This document shows positions 26,525-36,393 of a DNA stretch of 38,344 bases, one piece after another (position 1 is the first letter of the stretch; each line of letters begins with the position of its first letter). The stretch covers positions 1 to 38,344 of the forward strand of contig CAXHAT010000066.1 of the NCBI GenBank assembly GCA_964014485.1, read 5' to 3'. The notes below the pieces were generated by a model. The model was not told the origin of the DNA. It worked only from the letters and a program-made list of their open reading frames with translations, and made no database searches. The translations under genes were made by a program, and so were the position numbers. This DNA comes from an uncultured Deferribacteres bacterium. Its GTDB lineage: Bacteria; Zhuqueibacterota; Zhuqueibacteria; Zhuqueibacterales; Geothermadaptataceae.

Positions 26525-27910
26525 TCAGGAAGGATCATTCGCATTGCGCAATGGTTGCTGCGCTGGTGGCGGAATGTTCGGATTGGTTTGGCGCTCGTCG
26601 TCACTATAGGGGATGCGGTGAGGAATGCTGGATTCAGGATCGCCGCCGCCAAACGGCACGAAAATGGGTCGTTTGGTGCGCTTCCAGTCGTTATAGGCTT
26701 CGATGTTCAAGAACATGGCGATGTATTTTTCTTCGCAAATTTTGTCCAACAAGGCTTGTCCGGTGAGCGCGTTGTCATAGCGCGGCAGGCTGTTCAAGTC
26801 CAGATCCCACTTCATTTCGATGGCGGCCAATGCGTTGTTCGTCGCAGTAATGGCCGTCGCTTCGTCGCCGTTCATAAAAGCCGCTTCAGCAATGATGAAC
26901 TGCGTCTCTTCATAGGTCAGGATATCGGAACGCAGGTCTTTTGCCAGGAAGGTACTGCTGAGATTCGAGACGTTCGGGTTCTTTTCGCCGGCCGCAGCGC
27001 CGGAATATTCCCCATTCGCATCTTGCCCAAAATAGACAGCCAGACGGGGATCGTTACGACTCTTCAGTAGATCGACCAAATGCTTTCCAGCGCGGATGTA
27101 CGAATCGCGCTCGCGGTTGAACTGGTACCAGACATTTGATTCGTTTTCGACCGTGGAGTGCATGGTCAGCATGCTGCCATCAAGCGTGGCGATACCTTGC
27201 TGTGCCTGCGCCAACGCCAGTGCGTAGTTACCGGCGTCGACTTCAGCCCAGTGCATATACAGACGTGCTTTCAGCGAGTGGGCGGCCGCGATCCATCTGC
27301 TTAAGTCAGCGCCGAAAATATGGTCGTTCGGCGGCAAATATCCCGATCCGTCTTGCAAATCAGCGATGGCGCTGTCCAGCAGCAACTGCAATGCATTATA
27401 GATATCTTGCATAGCGTCCAGCTTTGGCGTCTCGATCTCCGGATTCACAGCCTCAGAATAGGGCAGATCACCCCAAATGCTCGAAGCCGTGCCCATCAGC
27501 AATGCCTCATGCACTTTGGCAATGCCGCGATAGCCGATCCAGTTGCGCTCGGTGGTCTGCAAAATGAGCTCACGAATGTCGATCAAGCCTCCGCCAGTAT
27601 AGATATTGTTGAATTCGTCGTCGTGATCGGCCTCGGTGATTTCATATTTGCTGTAGCCGTTCAACTGCCGGTCGGTACCGCCCATTTGCTGAACCCAGAT
27701 TGTGAGTGTGCGGGGCAAACCGCCTTCTTGCATAAAAAATTGCCCGATTTGAATGCCCTGGAATAAATGATCTGCCTGTACTTCAATAGCCCGGTTGGGG
27801 TCTTCCTGCACGACTGGATTTTCGAGAAAGTCATTACACCCGCTTGCCAGGCCAACGATAATAAAGGCTACCGTTAGAAAACCGATAGCGTTTTTCTTTA
27901 TCTTTATCAT
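26525..27910 (-). CDS. susD: SusD/RagB-family outer-membrane lipoprotein
   Basis: Lipobox LASGC, WGDLPYSEA, AHSLKARLYMH, DPRL and EAYNDWKRT. Directly downstream of SusC. Confidence 0.92.
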   Translation of the reverse strand: MIKIKKNAIGFLTVAFIIVGLASGCNDFLENPVVQEDPNRAIEVQADHLFQGIQIGQFFMQEGGLPRTLTIWVQQMGGTDRQLNGYSKYEITEADHDDEFNNIYTGGGLIDIRELILQTTERNWIGYRGIAKVHEALLMGTASSIWGDLPYSEAVNPEIETPKLDAMQDIYNALQLLLDSAIADLQDGSGYLPPNDHIFGADLSRWIAAAHSLKARLYMHWAEVDAGNYALALAQAQQGIATLDGSMLTMHSTVENESNVWYQFNRERDSYIRAGKHLVDLLKSRNDPRLAVYFGQDANGEYSGAAAGEKNPNVSNLSSTFLAKDLRSDILTYEETQFIIAEAAFMNGDEATAITATNNALAAIEMKWDLDLNSLPRYDNALTGQALLDKICEEKYIAMFLNIEAYNDWKRTKRPIFVPFGGGDPESSIPHRIPYSDDERQTNPNIPPPAQQPLRNANDPS

Positions 27911-27931
27911 GGCTTGTTCTCCTTATTTTTT

Positions 27932-28027
27932 AGCTGTCAGCATTAAGTAGTCAGCCGTCAGTTTTCAGCCGTTAGCTGTCAGCAATTTTGCTGATAGCCG
28001 ACGCTTGACAGCTTTTGCTGATTGCTA
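27932..28027. repeat. Heptamer tandem repeat hairpin between susC and susD
   Basis: AGCTGTC AGCATTA AGTAGTC AGCCGTC AGTTTTC AGCCGTT AGCTGTC AGCAATT, followed by inverted GCTGA-type units that reach the susC stop. Confidence 0.75.
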
Positions 28028-31000
28028 ATAATTTAACCGCAAGGTCAAAACATAGGACCTGACTTGCGGGTTGTTGAAGTAATCGAATCCTTGTCTGTTA
28101 AGTGTGCCGAACAGGTTGGTTTCCGGGTCAATACCGGTATAATCCGTCCAGGTGACGAGATTACGGCCGCTAACGCGAACATCGATATCGCTTAAACCGG
28201 TCCATTTTTTGATCTTTGGATGATCGAATTTGTAGGAGACTGAAAGCTCACGCAGCTTCACATAGCTGCCGTCTTCGATAAACTGCGAAGCCGGGCCATT
28301 GAAACCACTGCCGAGGCCGGTGTACCAGCTATCCTGGTCGAGAATCACTTCCGTTCCTGCACCGGGGCCGACGCCGGCAAACACCATCTTTTCGCCGCGC
28401 TGTTCCTGGCCGCCGGCGTCAATGTATTGCTTGTCCGTTTCTTTATGCGTGCCAAAAAAGTAGAGTGCGCCTTTGGTGCCGTTCCAGACGTCGCCGCCCT
28501 GCTTGACGTCGAGCAAGCCCGAAATGCGCAGCTTGCTGAACAGCGTAAAGCTATTGCGGATGCTGCCGGTCCAATCGGGATTGGGATTGCCGATAGTGCG
28601 TTCTTGCGCATCAAGCACCGGTAAGCCGTCCGCGTCGATATAGAGATCGCCTTCATTCCAGCCCGAGTATTTCGAATCAATGTTGATGACTTCACCATTT
28701 TCGATGACAGTACTTTCGCGACCGTAGCGGATGAAATCTTCACCGCGCAAGGCGCCATAAGGCTCGCCTTCGACAGCCGCAGCCGCACAGCTCACAAAGC
28801 CGCCCAGTCCAACGAATTCGGCGCCTGCCAGACTCTTCACCATATTGTCGTTTTCGCCATAAATCAAACCGAGATCCCATTTGAAATTTCTCATCCGAAT
28901 CGGCTGCAAATCGACGCCGATTTCCCAGCCGTCATTTTCAATGACCGCGGCGTTTTTCAGCGTTTCGCCAAAACCGGTGGATGGCGGAACCGGCAACGGC
29001 AAAATCACATCTTCAGTTTCCTGAAAATAGCGCGTCACGTTGAGGCCGAAGCGGTTGTTGTAAAAAGCCAGATCGACGCCGAATTCGCTTTCTTTAGCGC
29101 GTTCCGGCTTGATGTTATTGTTACCCTGCTGAAAATCGGAGAAAAAGCCGCCGTAACCGAATGCCGTGCCGTCGAGCACCACCCCCCAGCCAGCGCCGAA
29201 AGACCCGGTTGTGTAGGCCGTAATGGTCTCGTACTCGCCGGGCTGCCGGCCGGATTCGCCATAGGCTGCGCGCACTTTACCGAAACTCAGCCATTTATTG
29301 AGGCCGGAGAGTTGATCGAGCGCGGTGAACTCCCAGGCGCCGCTCACTTTCGGGAACCAGTGGCGTTTTTCCGATTTGCCAAAGGTTGAAGAGCCGTCGT
29401 TTCGCAACGCAGCGCTCAGGTAAAGCTGATTCCAAATATCGACCATCACCTGGCCGTAGTAGCCTTCGTCGCGGATGGTCCATTCGAATTCGTCCGGCGA
29501 CCAGGAAGTGGTATTATCCAACTGGTCGAACCCGAACACGGAAATACCATCGCCAATAGTGGTGAAATTATTGTACTTGCGCTCATTGATCTCATGGCCC
29601 AACAACACGTTGATTGCCATATCAGCCGGTTTGAAACGGCGGGTTGCCGTCACTGCCAGCTTGCCGTCGGTTTCGGTGTAGTTGAATTTTTCGCGGACAA
29701 TCTGGCCTTCGGGATAGGACGAGCTGCCGATGGGTACGACCGTCCGCCGTTCATCGGTGGAGTAATCATGCCCCAAAGTATAGCTGACATTGATCCAGTC
29801 GATCGGATCGACTTCGAGCTTGATATTACCGAATGCACGACCGACGTCGCTGTTGTTGGTGTGCTCGTTGATGATCCAGAACGGGTTGTCGTAGCCGCGC
29901 GAGCCGGCCAGCGTGGTTCTGCCTGGCTGCCGGTACGAGCGGTGGAAGCCTAGCTCATTGAGATACGGATCGTTGTTGAAATCCGGCGGCGTCCGCAAGG
30001 CGCCCAGCATCAAGCCGCTGACGTTCGAGCCGCGCTGGATGCGATCCATGCCGACGTCGGAAAATGAGATATTGCCGATGAGATTGATATTTTCGCCGAT
30101 ACGCTGCGAAGCTTTCACCCGCACGCCGGTTTTTGCGTAATCCGAATTTTCACCTTTGATGATGCCGTTGTTGTTGTAGCGAGAGAGCGAAAGATAGTAG
30201 GTTGTGTTCTCGGTGCCGCCGGAAAGCGTCAGGTTGTTCTCGAGCACATGGCCGGTTTCAAAAAGTTCGCCTGCGTGATCGTAAGTTGGCGTCGTGCCAT
30301 CCAGTTTCGCGCCGAAGCTCCACGGAATATTGCCGGTCATCGATTCGCCGTCGATGCCTTGGCCGTAGCGCGTCTGCAATTCCGGCAGTTGCGTCACCCG
30401 ATCGAAGCTGTAGACTGTTTTGAAGGACATTTGCGGCGCACCGAATTTGCCGCTTTTTGTGGTGATCAACACGACGCCATTGTTGGCGCGCGAACCATAA
30501 ATCGCCGAAGCGGCAGCGCCTTTGAGGATTTCGATAGATTCGATGTCTTCAGCGTTGATATCGGAAGCGCGGTTCGAAGGCGTGGTGCCCCCATGACCGC
30601 CAGTCGAAACGCCGCCGAAGATCATCTGATTGTTGACCGGCGAGCCGTCGACGACCATCAGCGGTTGGGTGCCGCCCCGGATTGTGTTGACGCCACGAAT
30701 ACGGATGTAGGTTGCAGCGCCGGGCTCACCGCTGGTGGAAGTCACTTCGACGTTGGCGACTTTGCCATGCAACGCGGAGACGATATTGGCCTCATCACTT
30801 TCAACGATTTCTTGCGACTGAACTTTGCCAATCGTCACGCCCAGCTTTTCTTTCTCCACGCCGACGCCCATGCCGGTGACGACCACCTCTTCCATTTTCA
30901 GGACGTCGACCCGCAGCTCGAAATTTTGCACGATGTTAGCGGAAGACGTCAGGGTGATCCGTGCTCTCTCCGACCGGTAGCCGATAAAGGCAACCGACAG

Positions 31001-31234
31001 CTCGACCTCCTGCCCTTTCACTAAATTCGAAGGAACGACAAAATGGAACTTTCCGTCTTTGTCCGACGCCGCGCCAATTCTCAAAGATGGGATGAGAATA
31101 TTCGCACCCGGCAAAGGTTCGCCTAATTCGTCGGTCACCTTTCCGCTGACGCCCACAGCTTCCTGGCCGAACACCAATGCCGGTGCGATGACAAATGCGC
31201 AGCAGATGATGGTAGCAATAAATTTCTTTAGCAT
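28025..31234 (-). CDS. susC: SusC/RagA-family TonB-dependent outer-membrane transporter
   Basis: N-terminal carboxypeptidase-like domain, EEVVVTG TonB box region, and the DINAEDIESIEILKGAAASAIYGSRANNGVVLITTK plug signature. Confidence 0.96.
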   Translation of the reverse strand: MLKKFIATIICCAFVIAPALVFGQEAVGVSGKVTDELGEPLPGANILIPSLRIGAASDKDGKFHFVVPSNLVKGQEVELSVAFIGYRSERARITLTSSANIVQNFELRVDVLKMEEVVVTGMGVGVEKEKLGVTIGKVQSQEIVESDEANIVSALHGKVANVEVTSTSGEPGAATYIRIRGVNTIRGGTQPLMVVDGSPVNNQMIFGGVSTGGHGGTTPSNRASDINAEDIESIEILKGAAASAIYGSRANNGVVLITTKSGKFGAPQMSFKTVYSFDRVTQLPELQTRYGQGIDGESMTGNIPWSFGAKLDGTTPTYDHAGELFETGHVLENNLTLSGGTENTTYYLSLSRYNNNGIIKGENSDYAKTGVRVKASQRIGENINLIGNISFSDVGMDRIQRGSNVSGLMLGALRTPPDFNNDPYLNELGFHRSYRQPGRTTLAGSRGYDNPFWIINEHTNNSDVGRAFGNIKLEVDPIDWINVSYTLGHDYSTDERRTVVPIGSSSYPEGQIVREKFNYTETDGKLAVTATRRFKPADMAINVLLGHEINERKYNNFTTIGDGISVFGFDQLDNTTSWSPDEFEWTIRDEGYYGQVMVDIWNQLYLSAALRNDGSSTFGKSEKRHWFPKVSGAWEFTALDQLSGLNKWLSFGKVRAAYGESGRQPGEYETITAYTTGSFGAGWGVVLDGTAFGYGGFFSDFQQGNNNIKPERAKESEFGVDLAFYNNRFGLNVTRYFQETEDVILPLPVPPSTGFGETLKNAAVIENDGWEIGVDLQPIRMRNFKWDLGLIYGENDNMVKSLAGAEFVGLGGFVSCAAAAVEGEPYGALRGEDFIRYGRESTVIENGEVINIDSKYSGWNEGDLYIDADGLPVLDAQERTIGNPNPDWTGSIRNSFTLFSKLRISGLLDVKQGGDVWNGTKGALYFFGTHKETDKQYIDAGGQEQRGEKMVFAGVGPGAGTEVILDQDSWYTGLGSGFNGPASQFIEDGSYVKLRELSVSYKFDHPKIKKWTGLSDIDVRVSGRNLVTWTDYTGIDPETNLFGTLNRQGFDYFNNPQVRSYVLTLRLNY

Positions 31235-32022
31235 AATATCACCTCAATTCTAAGCGTTCATATTTTGCCAAACTCCGGTGCGCCGAACACACCAAAGCGG
31301 CGATCTTCATGAACAACTGCCACTCATCTCAGTAACAGAATCAATGTTGTTTTTGGGTGGAAGTATACAGATGTGACATGCCGGTGCATCCCTCCTTTCT
31401 GGAAAATAAATGTTAAGACTGAATAATATGAAAAGGTTAGGCCAAATTGGGGCGTTGGGTATGAAGTGCGGGCACGGCGCTCTTCGGTGGCGACCGGATG
31501 GCAGCCAGAGAACCGCATGGCGACATTTCACGTCGAAGGTTGCAGGGCGAACGAAGATTCGCGACCGGCAAGTTCTATACTCACTGTCCGGGAGAGATCG
31601 GATCGCCTTCTTTTCGTGTTCTGGGTAGGGGAGCTTACTGATCGTCGATTTTCATCAAAAAAAGTACCTTGTCATGCACATCATACAATTTGGTCAAACA
31701 TTTTCACATACGTTTCAACAATACACAAAAATCCAAATTGAGCTTACATCACAAATGACTTCTTCGTGCTTTCAAAAAAACAATATGACCGGTTGTATAA
31801 AATTTGAGAAATGGTATTTCTTCCAAGATCGATTAATTGCCATTCGTGTGCCAGAGTTCCGGCTTCATCAGCTAGCGATAATAACTTCTTACATTCCATC
31901 ATGTTATACTCTATTTTGCAGCCCAAGGCTGCAGCACAATAATTCTACAAAATAAGAAAGCGTGATTCTTTTTCTTAAAACTGAGAATGTTTTGAGCCTC
32001 GCGTTCGTGCGCTTACGGAAAA

Positions 32023-32293
32023 TTATCGCCGCTTCAGCGCGCCGCGTCCGGGGGTGTAACGCGCGCTTAGTTCTTCCAGTTTTGCTTCAAATTGTCCCGG
32101 TTCTTCTTTGATCAATTCCCGCAGTTTTCCAGCCAGGGTTGAAACGCTTGGAAGGCGATGTCATAGTTCTGTTGATGTGTGGTCGTGGCGGGGGAAGGGG
32201 AGCGCCAGTGCGCTTCGGCGGAGCGATTTATGCGCTCAAGAATCGACGGTTTGAACGGCTCGAAGCGGTCGCGCACGCTGCGGTCGCCGAGCA
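32023..32293 (-). pseudogene. Displaced, frameshifted 3' fragment of the VPS10/BNR hydrolase gene
   Basis: Aligns to 33125-33392 with about 44 differences in 267 nt (manual count), including a 1-nt deletion near 32125. Confidence 0.88.
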
Positions 32294-32310
32294 CATTCAT
32301 CATTCGTTCG

Positions 32311-32766
32311 CTATTTTTGGCGTGACGATTCAGCTTTTTCCAGGGCTGTTAAAAATTTTCGTACGCGAACGATCCTAACCCCTTGATATTCCTTTGGCGG
32401 GAAATGCCGGATATTCTTCGTGATCAAGAAATTTGCGTTACCTTCAACGGCGCATTCCAGGAAACGGTTATCCGATTTGTCAGGGCAAGCGTTTATTTGT
32501 GTTTGAGGGGTTATCCATTTGGACTGGAGACGAATTGTGCTCAAAATTCTATGTTTCTCTTCTTGGCGAGGTTTAGGAATCAACCAATCGGCGACTGTTT
32601 GGTATTCATCCCAGATAGGTTGAGAGATCAACAGACGATAATAGTCTTCTTCTTTCGTCAACCAATCAATAAGCTTCGATGACGCTCCTTTTGAACTGAG
32701 AATTGCTGACATGATGTGATTATTATCAATGACGGCGCGTAAAATTTGTGAGGTTGGATCAGCCAA
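32311..32766 (-). CDS. PIN-domain toxin of a type II TA system
   Basis: RAVIDNNHIMSAIL, CPDKSDNRFLECAVEGNANFLITKNIRHFP. Overlaps the upstream antitoxin stop. Confidence 0.9.
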   Translation of the reverse strand: MADPTSQILRAVIDNNHIMSAILSSKGASSKLIDWLTKEEDYYRLLISQPIWDEYQTVADWLIPKPRQEEKHRILSTIRLQSKWITPQTQINACPDKSDNRFLECAVEGNANFLITKNIRHFPPKEYQGVRIVRVRKFLTALEKAESSRQK

Positions 32767-33001
32767 GGCTCTCTCGATATTTCTTCACCGCCGCATCGAT
32801 CTCTTTTTCCGTAACGCCGCCCTTACGCTGAACTTCCGCCCGGACGGATTGAACGTCTTTCAGCAGTTGCTCTTTCCAGCCGTACTTTTCGTGCAGCTTC
32901 AAAAAGGAAGCTATTGCCTCTTGTAAATTGCCGTCATAGTTTTCTCGAACGACATTCCAAAGGTGTTTTTCAAGCGTCGTGGGGAGTTCTATTGCGATCA
33001 T
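32759..33001 (-). CDS. Putative antitoxin
   Basis: 80 aa, RBS GAGG before ATG 33001. C-terminal GVTEKEIDAAVKKYRE is typical of PIN-associated antitoxins; translationally coupled to the toxin. Confidence 0.75.
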   Translation of the reverse strand: MIAIELPTTLEKHLWNVVRENYDGNLQEAIASFLKLHEKYGWKEQLLKDVQSVRAEVQRKGGVTEKEIDAAVKKYRESLG

Positions 33002-33114
33002 TTCAGACCTCTGATACACTCTTGTTTCTAAATTTTAGCACCAGGCAATCTAACACAAAAATATCATAATGCAAAACTTCTTGTCTGTGGGTTCCACTTC
33101 TCGCTCCCAATGAT

Positions 33115-36100
33115 TTACTCTGGCCGCCATTTCGGTACGCCGCGACCCGGTGTGTAGGGCGTGCCGAGTTCTTCCAGTTTGGCTTCAAATTGGCCGAGTT
33201 CTTCCTCAACCAATTCCCGTAGTTTTTCCAGCCAGGGTTGGAACGCTTGGGCGGCAATGTCATAATTGCGCTGGTGCGTGGTTGTGGCGGCGGAGGTGGA
33301 GCGCCAGTGCGCTTCGGCGGAGCGATTAATGCGTTCCAGAATGGACGGTTTGAACGGCTCGAAACGGTCGCGCACGCTGCGGTCGCCCAGCAGTTCGATT
33401 TTGAGATCGAGCAGCTTCAATTCCATCACGCGCGCCTGCTCAACCATCGCCGTCGTGGCGCCAGGCGTGAATTGCAGCACTTTTTTAATCAATTTGAGTT
33501 TGTCCTCGGTTTCACGCACGACTGCACGCGCCGCCAAAGCCGCTCGCTGCAGGCGCGCTGTTTTCTTTTGAAAAGCCGTTAGAGCCTGCACATCTTCCGC
33601 CGGCAAAGTCGCCAGTCCTAACGGCGTGGTTTTAAAAGATTGCGGCTCCCCAAGCACGGTCATGCGCCCGTCTTCGAGCTTGAACATTTGCACGCTGTAG
33701 GTTCCGGGAATCGCAGGGACGCCGGAAGGCCCGGCGCCGTCGTTGCGCTCGCGTACCGGATCGACGGCGCTGTGGCGCAAATCCCAACTGATGCGCTGCA
33801 CGCCAGCTTTCACCGGCGCGGAGATTCGGCGCACGACTTCATCGTCCGAATCGCGAATTTCGAAGATCAATTGAGCCGGTTCTTCGCGGTCTTCTGCGCG
33901 CAAATCGTCCCACGCCGGGTAGCTGACCGTCTCGCCCTTTTTGTATTTTTCGCGCTCGGCTTTCTTTCTTTTTTGTTTGATCGATTCAAAGCCGTCGCGC
34001 ACGTAGTAGGTGAAAATCGCGCCAAACGGCGGGTTTTTAGCAGTGTAAAACCCGTCGCCCTGCGAAGCCTTTTCGCCCCAGCCCATCGGCCCGGATTCGA
34101 TGTACGTCCAGGCGTCTTTCACCGGAAAAAGATGCGCTTCGCGTTGCAACATTTCTTCGGAAATTTCACGCAGCGGCGTGTAATCGTCGAGAATGAACAT
34201 GCCGCGCCCAAACGAAGCGGCGACGAGATCGTTTTCCCGGCGCTGAATTTCCAGATCGCGGAACGCAACGGTCGGAACGCCGCCCTTGAACTGCACCCAT
34301 TTTTCCCCGCCGTCGATGGTGAAAAACAGGCCGAACTCCGTCGCGCAGAACAGCAAGTTCGGATTCTCGTGATCTTCCTGAATCGACCACGTGATGTGGC
34401 GGTCGGGCAGATTACCGGTGATCGATTGCCACGAAGCGCCGCGATCCAAACTTTTGAAAACATAGGGTTTAAAATCGCCTTCCTTGTGATTATTGAACAC
34501 GGCATAAACCGTGTGCGCGTCATGGCGCGAAGTCAAAAGGTCGGCGACGTAAGTGCGCTCCGGCACGCCGGGAACGCCGTCGATTTTGCGCCAGAACTCC
34601 CCACCGTTTTCGGTCACGTGAATCAGCCCGTCGTCCATGCCCGCGTAAAGCAGGCCTTCTTGCAGCGGCGATTCGTCGAGCGCAACCATGTTGCCGTAGG
34701 TCGAGGTGAAAACGTTTTTCCACACCGCGTCGACATGCCAGACTTTGCCCATGACCTCGCGCTGGTTACGATCAAAACCGCGCGTGAGATCGCCGCTGAC
34801 GGGCGTCCACGTGTTCGCGCGGTCGTCGCTGCGGAACAGGATGTTCGAGCCAAAATAAAGACGCGTCGAAGAGTGCGGGCTGATGATGATCGGCGAGTCC
34901 CAATTCCATTTGATCGGCGGATCGTCGGCGCCGGGCTGCGGCTGAATATCGACGCGCTCACCGCTGCGTTTGTCATAACGTACGATGCCGGCGTATTGAT
35001 ATTGCGAGTACAAAATGTCGGGATTGCCCGGCTCCACGCGCGTTTGAAAACCGTCCCCGCCGATGGTGATGAACCAGTCTTCGTTACGAATGCCGTGAAC
35101 CGTGGTGGTGCGCGACGGCCCGCCGAGCGTGGCGTTGTCCTGCGTGCCGCCGTAAACATTGTAAAACGGCTCTGCGTCGTCAATGCCGACGCGATAGAAT
35201 TGCGTGATCGGCATGTTGTCGATAAAGCGCCAGGTTTTTGAGCGATCCCAGGTTTCGTAAATGCCGCCGTCGCAGCCGACCATGAGATAATCCGGATCGT
35301 CGGGATCGAAAACCATCGCGTGATTGTCGACGTGCTTGAAGCGCGAATTGATCGGCTTGAAAGTCTTGCCGCCGTCCTCGGTGACGTGGATTTGCACGTC
35401 CATGCCGTAGACCACGTCAAAGCGGTGGGGATCAGGAAAAATTTCCATGTAATACTGCGGATCGACGCAGATATAGTCGCTGCGTTTTTCCCAGGAAGCG
35501 CCGCGATTTTCCGAGCGCCAAAAACCGCTTTCCTCGCCCTCGGCGGCAATCTGTGCATAGACGACGTCCGGGTTTTGCGGCGAAATTGCCAGCCCGATGC
35601 GTCCAACGTCGACGTTTTCTCCGGGCAGGCCTTTCATGAGTTTTTGCCAGGATTTTCCGCCGTCGGCGGATTTGTAGATGCGTGATTCCGGCCCGCCCGC
35701 CACCAAAATCCCGACATGGCGGCGACGCTGCCAGCCCGCTGCGTAAATCACGTCCGGGTCGCGCGGATCAAGCATCACGTCCGAAATACCTGTGTTTTCG
35801 CTGATGTGCAGCACACGCTCCCATGACTTTCCGCCGTCGCTGGTTTTATACAAGCCGCGATCGCCGCCCGGCGCCCAGAGCGGCCCTTGCGCCGCGACGT
35901 AAACCACGTCCGAATTGCGCGGATCAACGACGATTTTGCCGATGTGCTCGGAGTTTTTCAAGCCGACGTTTTCCCAGCTTGCGCCGCCGTCCGAACTTTT
36001 GTAAACGCCGTCGCCATAGCCAACGCTGCGCTGACCGTTGTTTTCGCCGGTTCCCAGCCAGAGCACGTGGCGGTTGTTCGGATCGATGGTGATGCAGCCG

Positions 36101-36393
36101 ATGGAGTAGGACGGATAATCGTCGAAAATCGGCTCCCACGTCGTGCCGTTATTGACGGTTTTCCAGACATTGCCGGAAGCGACGGTGGCGTACCAAATGC
36201 TCTTGTCAACAGGGTCTTTCACAATATCGGAAATACGCCCGCTGCGCTGCGCCGGACCAATTTCGCGCAGTTTTAAGCCTTCGAAGGTTTTCTCGTTTAA
36301 GCGAGAATTTTGTGCGAGGGAAGTTTGAAAAAAGGTGAGAAATAGAATGCTCAGAAAACAGAAAACTCTGGGGGCCAATCGAAACGATTTCAC
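33115..36393 (-). CDS. VPS10/sortilin-like BNR-repeat glycosyl hydrolase
   Basis: REIGPA..SGRI, repeated SxDGGxSW Asp-boxes, GGTQDN and RFNW-like KWNWDSPI. GTG start after AAGGAG; signal peptide. Confidence 0.92.
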   Translation of the reverse strand: MKSFRLAPRVFCFLSILFLTFFQTSLAQNSRLNEKTFEGLKLREIGPAQRSGRISDIVKDPVDKSIWYATVASGNVWKTVNNGTTWEPIFDDYPSYSIGCITIDPNNRHVLWLGTGENNGQRSVGYGDGVYKSSDGGASWENVGLKNSEHIGKIVVDPRNSDVVYVAAQGPLWAPGGDRGLYKTSDGGKSWERVLHISENTGISDVMLDPRDPDVIYAAGWQRRRHVGILVAGGPESRIYKSADGGKSWQKLMKGLPGENVDVGRIGLAISPQNPDVVYAQIAAEGEESGFWRSENRGASWEKRSDYICVDPQYYMEIFPDPHRFDVVYGMDVQIHVTEDGGKTFKPINSRFKHVDNHAMVFDPDDPDYLMVGCDGGIYETWDRSKTWRFIDNMPITQFYRVGIDDAEPFYNVYGGTQDNATLGGPSRTTTVHGIRNEDWFITIGGDGFQTRVEPGNPDILYSQYQYAGIVRYDKRSGERVDIQPQPGADDPPIKWNWDSPIIISPHSSTRLYFGSNILFRSDDRANTWTPVSGDLTRGFDRNQREVMGKVWHVDAVWKNVFTSTYGNMVALDESPLQEGLLYAGMDDGLIHVTENGGEFWRKIDGVPGVPERTYVADLLTSRHDAHTVYAVFNNHKEGDFKPYVFKSLDRGASWQSITGNLPDRHITWSIQEDHENPNLLFCATEFGLFFTIDGGEKWVQFKGGVPTVAFRDLEIQRRENDLVAASFGRGMFILDDYTPLREISEEMLQREAHLFPVKDAWTYIESGPMGWGEKASQGDGFYTAKNPPFGAIFTYYVRDGFESIKQKRKKAEREKYKKGETVSYPAWDDLRAEDREEPAQLIFEIRDSDDEVVRRISAPVKAGVQRISWDLRHSAVDPVRERNDGAGPSGVPAIPGTYSVQMFKLEDGRMTVLGEPQSFKTTPLGLATLPAEDVQALTAFQKKTARLQRAALAARAVVRETEDKLKLIKKVLQFTPGATTAMVEQARVMELKLLDLKIELLGDRSVRDRFEPFKPSILERINRSAEAHWRSTSAATTTHQRNYDIAAQAFQPWLEKLRELVEEELGQFEAKLEELGTPYTPGRGVPKWRPE

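Noticed and set aside
32023..33392. Diversity-generating retroelement TR/VR pair
   Set aside because: Differences are not adenine-specific but mostly third-codon-position changes of all types, and no reverse transcriptase is present.
33640..35606. Long alternative ORFs (533 aa plus strand, 327 aa minus strand) and similar ones at 18565-21060 and 30248-31024
   Set aside because: Antisense or off-frame shadows of well-supported GC-rich genes.
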